Origin: a bacterium | GTDB lineage: Bacteria; Verrucomicrobiota; Kiritimatiellia; CAIKKV01; CAITUY01 | Length of the DNA stretch: 64,000 bases | Direction: 5' to 3' | Assembly: GCA_037141135.1 (NCBI GenBank) | Contig: JBAXDB010000001.1 | Coordinates: 9,191 to 73,190, forward strand | Part shown: piece by piece, positions 54,155 through 62,998 of the stretch | Layout: each line of letters opens with the position of its first letter | Position numbering within the stretch: the first letter of the stretch is position 1 | Position numbers and translations under genes: made by a program | Notes under the pieces: generated by a model | Databases searched by the model: none | What the model was told of the DNA's origin: nothing | The model's input: only the letters and a program-made list of their open reading frames with translations

Positions 54155-55363
54155 ATGCACACAATTTGGTTTGCTGTTCTGTCCCTGATGTTATCGTTTG
54201 TTTCTCTTTCAAATGCAGGAAACGCGACCGGTTGGCGTGGCGATGCCACCGGCCGTTATCCTGCGGCCACTCCACCTGTTTCCTGGTCTAAAACCAACAA
54301 TGTCGTCTGGAATACGCGTTTGCCTCATTTTTCCAATGCGACTCCATTGCTCCTCAAAAACAGACTTCTGGTATGTGCCGAGCCCTCTACTTTAATTTGC
54401 CTCGATGCCGTCAACGGGCAGATTTTGTGGCAGAAGACTAACACGTACGCGGATGTCCTCTCACCGTCCGAAATTGAACAGGCCAGACTTGTTTATACCA
54501 ATCTGGCATCCAACCCGCGAACTCATGATGTTACAGGGTTTACTTCGCCTTCGCCGGTAACGGACGGGAAGCGCATTTATGCGGTGTTTGGGAATGGTGT
54601 GGCGGCTTGCTATGAATTGGATGGAACGCGGGTATGGGGCCGGCTGATTGAACGGCCGCAACATGATTGGGGCCACAGTGCGTCACCGTTGTTGATTGGC
54701 AATAAGATGCTGGTACATGTGCTCAAGATGACCGCTTTGGATGTGTCCACTGGAAAGACATTGTGGGCTACCGAATCACCTCCGGGATGGGGGACATCCG
54801 TTTCTGCGCGGCTGGGTGAAGTGGAAGTGGTGATCACACCTAAAGGTGACATTTTCAGGGTTTCTGATGGGACAAAACTCGCTAAGTCTGTAGCCAAGCT
54901 GGATTACTGTGCACCGGTGGTTGAGAAAGATATTGTCTATTTTGTAGAAAATGGCGGCAAAGCTATTCGTCTTCCTGCCACAGTTTCCGAGCCGGTAAAA
55001 GTTGAGACTCTTTGGCAGACCAGCCCGGTGGCGGAGCGCTATTACGCCTCACCGGTATACTATAAGGATCGTCTCTATGCGGTCCAGCAAAGGGGAGTCC
55101 TCAGTACCATCGATGCGGTTACCGGCAAGGTCTTGTCTGAGAATAAATTAGAACTTGGCGGCACCTTTTATCCCAGCGTTACTCTGGCCGGACACAATCT
55201 TTTCGTGAGCAGTGACAATGGTGTGACGGTTGTATTTGATGTGGACGATGCAGGAAAAGAAATTGCGCGGAACTCGCTGGAACCTTTCCGGAGTTCTCCC
55301 GTTTTCGATGGCACCCGCCTCTACATACGTACGCTTGCCGGCGTTTATTGCATTGGTAAATGA
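54155..55363 (+). CDS. PQQ-like beta-propeller repeat protein (BamB-like), secreted
   Basis: A signal peptide is followed by repeated G.v.A.D..tG..lW motifs (e.g. CLDAVNGQILWQ and ALDVSTGKTLWA). Confidence 0.7.
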   Translation: MHTIWFAVLSLMLSFVSLSNAGNATGWRGDATGRYPAATPPVSWSKTNNVVWNTRLPHFSNATPLLLKNRLLVCAEPSTLICLDAVNGQILWQKTNTYADVLSPSEIEQARLVYTNLASNPRTHDVTGFTSPSPVTDGKRIYAVFGNGVAACYELDGTRVWGRLIERPQHDWGHSASPLLIGNKMLVHVLKMTALDVSTGKTLWATESPPGWGTSVSARLGEVEVVITPKGDIFRVSDGTKLAKSVAKLDYCAPVVEKDIVYFVENGGKAIRLPATVSEPVKVETLWQTSPVAERYYASPVYYKDRLYAVQQRGVLSTIDAVTGKVLSENKLELGGTFYPSVTLAGHNLFVSSDNGVTVVFDVDDAGKEIARNSLEPFRSSPVFDGTRLYIRTLAGVYCIGK

Positions 55364-56733
55364 GGGATTTCCACGACGTGATAATGCCCTTGATTGAAGA
55401 CCTGTCTGGCGGAAGAGGGCGGCTTCCATTGAAATCGATCTGAATAGATTAGTAGGCTGCCAAGCTTGAGGGGGGTTGGCGCAAGGTGCAGCGGGGTAGG
55501 CCAATAGCCGGCTTTCAGGAAGATCGTACTTTCATCAATGGTCGTCATGGCGGCAGAAACAACTTGAGTCGGATTCTGCGCGCGTGCCCATTCAACTAAG
55601 GCCGTGAGATTCTTTTCCGGCGGATCTTGAAAATGGATGGGCAGGAGTTGGATGGCCAGGCTGACAGCAATGATGAGCAGGGCGGTGAGGTTCAGTCCCC
55701 GCCGGTACCATTGGCGTAAGGGACTCCATGCACATGTGGCAATGCCATAGGCGGCGATCATGGCCATCATCGGATAAAGCGGGAGCTCGTAGCGTGGTCG
55801 CTTGTCCGGGAACAGGGTGAGTCCGATCGCCCAGAATCCTATCCACACTGAGGCAAGTAAAAACATTTGGCGGTGATGTCGGGAGACAGGGTGTCGCCAC
55901 CAGCGAAACAGGCCTGCAATCAGGGCAATCATCCAGGGCCAATAGGAGCGCCCAATTTCAACAATGTAGTACCATACGGGTTCACGGTTGCGGAGTCCTT
56001 GTAGCCGGGCCACCACCTCATGGCCGAAGTATTGGCGGGTGAAGGCCTCGCCATAGAGGTGAATCATGGAGGCGTGCCATGGAAGGGCAATGAGAAGCGC
56101 CGTCAAGGTAAGGGCGAGAATGGATGAAGCAGATCCTAACCGGTTCTTTCGCTCAAAAAACTGCCAGACGAAAAGAATGGGAATCACCATAAACGCCATT
56201 AATGGTTTGCACATCAGGGCCAGCCCGAGGGGAATTCCGGCGAGCCAGGATACGTTTTGACGATTGCCTTTGATGGCTGCCAGCCAGATCCAGACGGCGG
56301 CCAGCATAAACAGGAGCTGCCACATATCCAGACAGATCTCGCGGGAGCGGCGGAAGAACTCATAAGAGAGGGCCATCACGGAACCGGTGAGCAGGGCGAG
56401 GATTCTGCCTGAAAGTCGACGGGAAATCCCGACGGTGAGCAACACGCACCCAGCGGCGGCGAGAATGGAGGGGAGTCTTGCGGCGGCGAGGTTGATGCCG
56501 AATAAATGCAGGAAAAGCCCGTGGATCCAGAACACCAGCGGTGGTTTGTTGAAATAGCAGACAGACGGATGCTCATGGGGCGTCCAGAACAGGGTGGGGT
56601 TTTGCCAACCTTGCAATCCGACCGCGGCATAATGCGCGGTTTCTGCCCTGAAATCGCCCTGATCAAGATGGGGCAGGGTGACGGCCAGAAGGAACAACAC
56701 CGGCAACGCATAGATCCAGAATCGTCGTTTCAT
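55345..56733 (-). CDS. GT-C glycosyltransferase, ArnT/PMT family (GT39/GT83-like), second copy in the window
   Basis: KPPLVFW and RLPSILAAAG motifs typical of ArnT/PMT_2 are present, at 462 aa and multi-TM. Confidence 0.7.
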   Translation of the reverse strand: MKRRFWIYALPVLFLLAVTLPHLDQGDFRAETAHYAAVGLQGWQNPTLFWTPHEHPSVCYFNKPPLVFWIHGLFLHLFGINLAAARLPSILAAAGCVLLTVGISRRLSGRILALLTGSVMALSYEFFRRSREICLDMWQLLFMLAAVWIWLAAIKGNRQNVSWLAGIPLGLALMCKPLMAFMVIPILFVWQFFERKNRLGSASSILALTLTALLIALPWHASMIHLYGEAFTRQYFGHEVVARLQGLRNREPVWYYIVEIGRSYWPWMIALIAGLFRWWRHPVSRHHRQMFLLASVWIGFWAIGLTLFPDKRPRYELPLYPMMAMIAAYGIATCAWSPLRQWYRRGLNLTALLIIAVSLAIQLLPIHFQDPPEKNLTALVEWARAQNPTQVVSAAMTTIDESTIFLKAGYWPTPLHLAPTPLKLGSLLIYSDRFQWKPPSSARQVFNQGHYHVVEIPHLPMQ

Positions 56734-56795
56734 AATGAGTTAGTCGTTGGAAGATATTGCATCTGGGGGCGGCTTGCACTAATTTTCTGGCACAC

Positions 56796-57998
56796 ATGTT
56801 AACTGCATTCATAGGGCGATCCATCGAAGAGCGGGCGTTTGCGGCGTTACTGGCGACCGTTTGTACCATCACTTTCTCCATTGCGTTGGGACAACTCTGT
56901 GCCGCAGTGTGTTTGTTGCTGTTCCTGATGGGGCTTTTTGCGAAACAGATTACGTGGCGCAATCCGCCCGGTTTGGGAATCGCGGTAGCGTTTGTGGTTT
57001 TTGCGATCATACTCTCTGCCATTCTGGGAGACATCGCCGGTCTCTGGACGAGAGTCGGGCGGTTATTCTGGTTTATTCTTATACCTGTCACGGCTTCCCT
57101 GGTGGCAGTAACTGGGCGCGATCGCAAAGTGATTGCGGCATTTCTGGGCGGTTGTGCGGTGTTGGGGGTTAAAGATCTTGTGGTGTATCCGATACTGGCC
57201 TGGCGTAAACCCCTTCCGGATTATCTGACTGCCCTGATTGACAAAGGATCCATGACCGATGGGCAGATGCTGATGTTGGGAGTGGTGGGGACGGTGCTGA
57301 TTTTGTTGATGGCGGTCAAGGAGCGGCGCTCCATGCCCTGGTGGTGGTGGGTGATCCTGCTGGCCCAAGTAGCGGGCCTCGTGATCAACTTCAAGCGCGG
57401 ATCATGGTTCTGTGCCATGATCCTGATCGGGATTGCGGTGTTGTTGCAACTCCGGTGGCGTGCCTGGGTGGTCATGGCGTCATTACTTGTGATCTTTTTC
57501 GCGCTCCCTCCTGTACAAACCCGGATGCTTCAATTGAAGCGGGAATTCAATGTTGAGGGTGGGGGCCGGTTGACCATGTGGTTCAAAATCGCCCCCGCCT
57601 TGATACGGGACCACCCTGCCGGAATTGGATTCGGGTGTCTGACCAACGAAAAAATGAAACAGGTTTTCAGGCATGTGGAGCCGAACCGGAATCATCTGCA
57701 TGCCAATTGGGCGCAGGTGTTGGTTGAAACAGGCTGGGCCGGGCTGGCGCTGTATCTCGTATGGATGGTGAAAATGTTGCTGAACAACCTCGCCTGGGTG
57801 CGGCGCTTACGAACGGCGACAGCGGCGGAAAGAGGTGTGGCGTGGGTGGCGCTTTCCATTTTGGCCGGACTATTGTTAAACGGCCTGGTTGAGTATAATT
57901 TCGGGGATACCGAATTGATGTTTATCTATGCCGTCATTATGGGCTTAACAGGTGCTTGCATAGGCAAGTCTGTATCGGTAAAGTGGCGCGCATTATGA
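56796..57998 (+). CDS. O-antigen ligase/polymerase family protein (Wzy_C domain; WaaL-like)
   Basis: It is multi-TM with the conserved periplasmic-loop motif NRNHLHANWAQVLVETGWAGL. The ORF track starts at a TTG at 56757; the ATG at 56796 is preferred. Confidence 0.7.
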   Translation: MLTAFIGRSIEERAFAALLATVCTITFSIALGQLCAAVCLLLFLMGLFAKQITWRNPPGLGIAVAFVVFAIILSAILGDIAGLWTRVGRLFWFILIPVTASLVAVTGRDRKVIAAFLGGCAVLGVKDLVVYPILAWRKPLPDYLTALIDKGSMTDGQMLMLGVVGTVLILLMAVKERRSMPWWWWVILLAQVAGLVINFKRGSWFCAMILIGIAVLLQLRWRAWVVMASLLVIFFALPPVQTRMLQLKREFNVEGGGRLTMWFKIAPALIRDHPAGIGFGCLTNEKMKQVFRHVEPNRNHLHANWAQVLVETGWAGLALYLVWMVKMLLNNLAWVRRLRTATAAERGVAWVALSILAGLLLNGLVEYNFGDTELMFIYAVIMGLTGACIGKSVSVKWRAL

Positions 57999-58399
57999 AA
58001 CAGGGCGACAAATTGAAATGTAAACCGGCAATAAGTTCGGTGCTCATTCAAGCCATTGTGCCGGCTGTAGTCGGGCTGATTTTTTTGGTTTTGAAAAAGC
58101 CTGTGACCGCCAAGGTGTTATGGGGCATCAGCGGTTTATTACTCGTTTCCGGGCTCTTTATTCCTGCCGTTTTCAACCGGATTGAGCAGTTTGGCCGCTG
58201 GTTCGGGAAATGGGCGGGAACCGTCATTACCTGGGGCCTTATGGTTCCGGTATTCTATCTTGTTTTTGTGCCTGGCCGCTTGATTTTAAAGTTGCGCGGC
58301 ATCGACCCGATGTGTCGGAAATTTCCGACGGATGCCAAGACTTACTGGGTGCCCCGCAAGCCGGTAACGAACATGGCGGAATATAAGAGGCAATTCTGA
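57995..58399 (+). CDS. small 3-TM membrane protein, SxtJ-like (partner of carbamoyltransferases)
   Basis: It is 134 aa. The start overlaps the upstream stop (ATGA), and the stop overlaps the carbamoyltransferase start. The family assignment is made from size, topology and context. Confidence 0.45.
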   Translation: MKQGDKLKCKPAISSVLIQAIVPAVVGLIFLVLKKPVTAKVLWGISGLLLVSGLFIPAVFNRIEQFGRWFGKWAGTVITWGLMVPVFYLVFVPGRLILKLRGIDPMCRKFPTDAKTYWVPRKPVTNMAEYKRQF

Positions 58400-60228
58400 T
58401 GAATATTCTAGGCATCAGTGCATTTTATCATGATTCAGCGGCCGCTTTGGTTTGTGACGGCGAAATCATTGCTGCCGCACAGGAAGAGCGTTTTACCCGG
58501 AAAAAGCACGACCCCAATTTCCCTCTTAACGCTGTGAAGTATTGCCTGGCGGAACTTGAGAAGCGTGGCGGCACCCTCGATGCCGTCACCTTTTATGACA
58601 AACCTATCCGCAAGTTTGAGCGTATTTTAAAAACCTACTTCAGCACGGCTCCGGCAGGGTTGCAGTCCTTTATGATGGCCGTTCCGCTCTGGTTGAAGGA
58701 AAAACTCTGGATTCCGATGGAAATCGAGGAAACACTTGAGAAATGCGGGCTCAAAACAATCCCCACCATTTTTTTCCCCGAGCATCATGAATCCCATGCC
58801 GCAAGTGCCTTTTTCCCGTCACCTTTCAAATCCGCGGCGATTTTGACATTGGATGGAGTCGGGGAGTGGGCTACAAGTACGATCGGTCGTGGGGACGGCA
58901 ACAAGTTGGAGATCCTTGAGGATTTGCATTTTCCGCACTCGCTGGGATTGCTTTATTCCGCCTTTACTTATTTTACTGGGTTCCGCGTGAATTCCGGGGA
59001 ATATAAACTCATGGGCTTGGCCCCTTATGGGGAGCCGAAGTATGTGGATGTCATATGGGATAACCTTCTGGATATGCGCGAGGATGGCTCCTTCCGGTTA
59101 AATCTGAAGTATTTTGGTTTTGTCGACGGGCTCACCATGACCAATGATGCCTTCGCCGGTCTGTTTGGCGGGCCTGCCCGATCCTCCGAGAGTGAAATAA
59201 CCCAGCGTGAAATGGACATCGCCCGCTCCATTCAGGTCGTGACTGAAGAAATTGTGATCCGCATGGCGCGTCACGCCAAAAAAATTACCGGCGAAGATTA
59301 TTTATGCATGGCGGGCGGTGTGGCCCTGAATTGCGTGGCCAATGGCCGGCTTTTACGTGATGGCATTTTCAAGGATATCTGGATTCAACCGGCGGCCGGG
59401 GATGCCGGTGGCGCCTTGGGTGCGGCTCTCATGGTCGCTTATCAGGTCATGAAGCATCCGCGTCAGGCGGATAATGTTCATGACTTTATGAAAGGGTCGT
59501 TACTGGGGCCGGATATTCAGGATGCTGCCGTTGAGGCATTCCTCAAGGCCAATAACTATCCCGGGCACAAGTATGATCGTCAGCCGTGGGCCGATGAAAT
59601 TGCGAAGCTCATTGCCGCGGAAAACGTTATCGGCCTTGTCCAGGGGCGAATGGAATTCGGGCCCCGCGCCTTGGGTGGCCGTTCCATCATCGGGGATGCC
59701 AGGTCGCGGAAAATGCAGTCGGTCATGAATCTCAAGATCAAGTATCGCGAGTCTTTCCGGCCCTTTGCGCCGGCCTGTCTGGCGGAGCGGGTGAGTGATT
59801 ATTTTGAACTGGATCGGCCATCGCCTTATATGTTGCTGGTGGCGCAGGTACAAAAAGCGCGTTGCAAGGGGCTTGAGGATGCGGGGCAGCTATCGATTCG
59901 TGACCGCATCAATCAGGTGCGGTCGGATATCCCCGCCATAACCCATGTTGATTATTCTGCGCGGGTACAGACGGTGTCACCCGAAAGCAATGCGGGTTAT
60001 TACGATATCATTAAGGCGTTTGAAAAGCAGACGGGGTATGGCGTGGTCATCAATACCTCCTTCAATGTCCGGGGCGAGCCGATTGTCTCAACGCCTGAGG
60101 ATGCCTATCGCTGCTTTATGCGGACGGAGATGGATTACCTTGTGTTGGGCTCGTTTATTTTATCGAAAAAAGAACAGCCGCCGTGGCAGGATAAAGCCAA
60201 TTGGCGGACGGAATATGCTTTAGATTAA
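58399..60228 (+). CDS. carbamoyltransferase, NodU/CmcH family
   Basis: MNILGISAFYHDSAAALV is the ASKHA/Kae1-like N-terminus, with the carbamoyltransferase C-terminal domain, at 609 aa. Confidence 0.85.
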   Translation: MNILGISAFYHDSAAALVCDGEIIAAAQEERFTRKKHDPNFPLNAVKYCLAELEKRGGTLDAVTFYDKPIRKFERILKTYFSTAPAGLQSFMMAVPLWLKEKLWIPMEIEETLEKCGLKTIPTIFFPEHHESHAASAFFPSPFKSAAILTLDGVGEWATSTIGRGDGNKLEILEDLHFPHSLGLLYSAFTYFTGFRVNSGEYKLMGLAPYGEPKYVDVIWDNLLDMREDGSFRLNLKYFGFVDGLTMTNDAFAGLFGGPARSSESEITQREMDIARSIQVVTEEIVIRMARHAKKITGEDYLCMAGGVALNCVANGRLLRDGIFKDIWIQPAAGDAGGALGAALMVAYQVMKHPRQADNVHDFMKGSLLGPDIQDAAVEAFLKANNYPGHKYDRQPWADEIAKLIAAENVIGLVQGRMEFGPRALGGRSIIGDARSRKMQSVMNLKIKYRESFRPFAPACLAERVSDYFELDRPSPYMLLVAQVQKARCKGLEDAGQLSIRDRINQVRSDIPAITHVDYSARVQTVSPESNAGYYDIIKAFEKQTGYGVVINTSFNVRGEPIVSTPEDAYRCFMRTEMDYLVLGSFILSKKEQPPWQDKANWRTEYALD

Positions 60229-60237
60229 GGGACACTC

Positions 60238-60402
60238 ATGCGCTTTTTAAAACATTTGGGTAGGTTGCTTAAAGAGTTCGGGAGCTTTGCCTGGCACAAC
60301 AAGGCCTGGTGGATCATTCCCGTCGTGTTGGTGCTCCTGTTGCTGGGGTTCTTCATTGCGACCAGCACCGCCGTAGCCCCGTTCATCTACACTCTTTTCT
60401 GA
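60238..60402 (+). CDS. DUF5989-like small membrane protein (54 aa), not in the ORF track
   Basis: ATG at 60238 follows an AAGGGA RBS. The translation is MRFLKHLGRLLKEFGSFAWHNKAWWIIPVVLVLLLLGFFIATSTAVAPFIYTLF. The KxWW...APFIYTLF pattern matches the small proteins found 3' of carbamoyltransferases. Confidence 0.55.
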   Translation: MRFLKHLGRLLKEFGSFAWHNKAWWIIPVVLVLLLLGFFIATSTAVAPFIYTLF

Positions 60403-60414
60403 GTCTGAAATCTG

Positions 60415-60451
60415 CACCCTCGCCCTTCAGGGGAGAAGGCTGGGGTGATGG
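60415..60451. repeat. REP-like GC-rich palindromic unit (CACCCTCGCCCTTCAGGGGAGAAGGCTGGGGTGATGG)
   Basis: This is the third locus of the same element, lying between convergent genes. Confidence 0.65.
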
Positions 60452-60459
60452 TGTATACC

Positions 60460-61179
60460 TTATGAGCTCTTGATCAGGCTGGCATCAAGCTGGCGCAAAT
60501 AGCGCTTCCGATACCATACAAATCCGAACAGGTCGAAAATCGTCCGGGGTAGGCGTTTCATGTTGGTGTATTTAGACGTCCCCATGGTGCGGGCGCGGTG
60601 ATCCACTGCTACTTCCTTGATTTTGCGGCCGTTCAGTGTGAAGTAGGCCGGCATGAATCGATGCACCCCTTCGACATGAGGAAGGTCGTTGACGCACACT
60701 TTGCGAAAAACCTTAAGACTGCACCCCGTGTCGCGGATCCCATCGTGAGTGGCCCAGTTGCGGACACGGTTGGCAAGGCGTGAGCCCACGCGCCGGGCCC
60801 AGGTATCCTTGCGTTTTGCCCGGTACCCGCACACCGCATCATAGCCCTGGAGTTCCTCCAGCATGCGGGGAATATCGGCCGGATTGTTTTGCAGATCACC
60901 GTCAATGGTCACCAGGATATCGCCGGCCGCCAGTTGGAGGCCTACCAGCATCGCATGACTTTGGCCGCGGTTCTGGTCGTAGTGAAGCCCCCGAACGGTC
61001 GGGAAGCGGGTTTGAGCTTCCATGACGCGAGCCCAGGTCTGATCGCGGCTGCCATCGTCGACAAGCAGGACTTCCAGATCTGGAATGGCGGGATGGAGTT
61101 TGTGGAGTTCCTCCGCGAGCGGCATGACATTGTCCTGTTCATTATAAACCGGTGCTACGATGGAAACCTTCATAGTCAT
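60460..61179 (-). CDS. GT2 polyprenyl-phosphate glycosyltransferase (ArnC/GtrB/DPM1-like)
   Basis: VSIVAPVYNE, LLVDDGSRD, the DGDLQN (DxD) motif and the C-terminal amphipathic region are present. The start ATG overlaps the ftsQ stop (TAATG). Confidence 0.8.
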   Translation of the reverse strand: MTMKVSIVAPVYNEQDNVMPLAEELHKLHPAIPDLEVLLVDDGSRDQTWARVMEAQTRFPTVRGLHYDQNRGQSHAMLVGLQLAAGDILVTIDGDLQNNPADIPRMLEELQGYDAVCGYRAKRKDTWARRVGSRLANRVRNWATHDGIRDTGCSLKVFRKVCVNDLPHVEGVHRFMPAYFTLNGRKIKEVAVDHRARTMGTSKYTNMKRLPRTIFDLFGFVWYRKRYLRQLDASLIKSS

Positions 61180-62054
61180 TAATACTCCTGTGCTGGGATA
61201 TACTGATCGGAAAACGTAAGGTCCAGATTAACCAACCGGCGCCCGCGTTCCTCGGAGGCGCGCAGGGCACTGGCAAGCGTTATCAGTTTATGCTCCGCCT
61301 TTTGCCGGAGGTCCGGCAGGTTTTTATCCATATTTTCCCAGCCGACCTTGATTTTTTCGCCAGCCGTCAGATACATCTCGAGGTGATCTTTCAGGCCTAC
61401 CTCAAGGGACGCGATTTTAACCTGTTCTCCTAATTTTGACCGGTTGCAGATATCGATGATTTCAATCGCATTCATGGCAGATTGGTCCACCCGGCCTCCG
61501 GGCTTGAGGCCGGTATCCGCGTAACCGGTGATGAGGGGATAATCCCGCCCGCCTGCCCGCAGGTTGAAGACGTAGCCTTCCCGATCCACTGCCAGCGATC
61601 CCCAACGGCCCAGGCGGGCGACTGGGATGCGTTCAATGACTTCGATGATCAGGGTGTCGGGTAGGCGGCGTTGTAATTTAACCGACTTGGCGATGGGTGC
61701 TTTGCGCAGGAAATCAGAGCGAAGCGAGGTGAGGTTTGCTGCGAACATGTTGGTCCCTTCGCCAATGTGCATGTACTCCCGAACATGCGCCGGGGTGATG
61801 GTGGCACCTTCAACATGTATTTCTAGTTTGCGAATGGTGTATTTCGGATTATCCCAGAATAAAACCGCGCCAAGTTTCCACGTCAACATGGCGCCCAGGC
61901 CAACAGCAAGAAGGCCGGCAAGGGGGATCCAGACAACTTTAGGTAGAGGCAGTTGTTTTTCATTCTGCCGCTGGTCGCGTCGGGTATTGATCTTTGCAAC
62001 GTCTCCGCGGCGGCCTTTGTCAGGTTCCGCAGTTTTATCCTGTTTAAACCACAT
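61179..62054 (-). CDS. ftsQ: cell division protein FtsQ/DivIB (POTRA domain)
   Basis: A single TM helix (VWIPLAGLLAVGLGAMLTW) is followed by POTRA and beta domains, directly downstream of ddl. Confidence 0.7.
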   Translation of the reverse strand: MWFKQDKTAEPDKGRRGDVAKINTRRDQRQNEKQLPLPKVVWIPLAGLLAVGLGAMLTWKLGAVLFWDNPKYTIRKLEIHVEGATITPAHVREYMHIGEGTNMFAANLTSLRSDFLRKAPIAKSVKLQRRLPDTLIIEVIERIPVARLGRWGSLAVDREGYVFNLRAGGRDYPLITGYADTGLKPGGRVDQSAMNAIEIIDICNRSKLGEQVKIASLEVGLKDHLEMYLTAGEKIKVGWENMDKNLPDLRQKAEHKLITLASALRASEERGRRLVNLDLTFSDQYIPAQEY

Positions 62055-62985
62055 ATTGCCCTCCTGCCTGCGGTATAACCGCCGAATCCAGCGTTGCCAT
62101 TTCCATGATCTGCCGGCATAGCGCGGGGAATGAAATTCCTGCAGCTTGAGCGGCCTCGGGAAGCAGGCTGGTTTCTGTGAACCCCGGAATGTTATTCAAC
62201 TCCAATACGAACAATTCGCCCGACTCCGTAAGCCTGAAGTCCACCCGGCCCAGTCCACGGCAGCCGAGCGCCTTGAAGGTGTGTAAGGCAATGTCACGGG
62301 CTCGATCGGCCAAATCCTTGCTGAGAGGGGCCGGGCAGAGATGTTGGGACTGGCCCTTGCTGTACTTTGCATCGAAATCGTACCACCCATCAGGTGCCAG
62401 AATTTCGATGGCTGGCAGGGCGGTGCTGCCGATCACGCCCACTGTCAATTCACGTCCCGAGATAAAAGCTTCAACGATGATTTCCCCGTCATACCGGAGT
62501 GATTCTAGAAAAGCGGCATCCCATTCATCTGGGCGGCTGACTTTAAAGATGCCAATGGTTGAGCCCTGACATGGTGGCTTAACCACAACCGGCAAGGGGA
62601 GGGTAAGGCGACCTGACGGTCCGAGCGTCTCGTAAGTGGCCGTCGGAATTCCTTCCCGGACGAATACCCTTTTGCTCAGTCGTTTATCAAAGGCGGTCAG
62701 GCTGGACTTGGGGCCCGAGCCGGTGTAGGGGATTTGTCGGGACTCGAGAAGTTTCTGAATTTGGCCATCCTCGCCAAACTCCCCGTGCAGGGCGATAAAT
62801 ACGGCATCGACAGGTTCCGGAAGATCAAGAGTCCGTCCCGTGACATCCACTTCCAGCACGTCATATCCCGCTGTCCGCAGGCCGGCGGCAACCGCCGCGC
62901 CTGACTTCAGTGAAATCGCTCGTTCTGAAGATGGGCCGCCTTTGAGAACGGCAACTTTTTTAAATGGGCCCGGTGGGGTTTTCAC
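62044..62985 (-). CDS. ddl: D-alanine--D-alanine ligase
   Basis: VAVLKGGPSSERAISLKSG, ALHGEFGEDG and ATP-grasp motifs (ELNNIPG) are present. Confidence 0.9.
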   Translation of the reverse strand: MKTPPGPFKKVAVLKGGPSSERAISLKSGAAVAAGLRTAGYDVLEVDVTGRTLDLPEPVDAVFIALHGEFGEDGQIQKLLESRQIPYTGSGPKSSLTAFDKRLSKRVFVREGIPTATYETLGPSGRLTLPLPVVVKPPCQGSTIGIFKVSRPDEWDAAFLESLRYDGEIIVEAFISGRELTVGVIGSTALPAIEILAPDGWYDFDAKYSKGQSQHLCPAPLSKDLADRARDIALHTFKALGCRGLGRVDFRLTESGELFVLELNNIPGFTETSLLPEAAQAAGISFPALCRQIMEMATLDSAVIPQAGGQYVV

Positions 62986-62998
62986 GTTTTGTCCTGAT

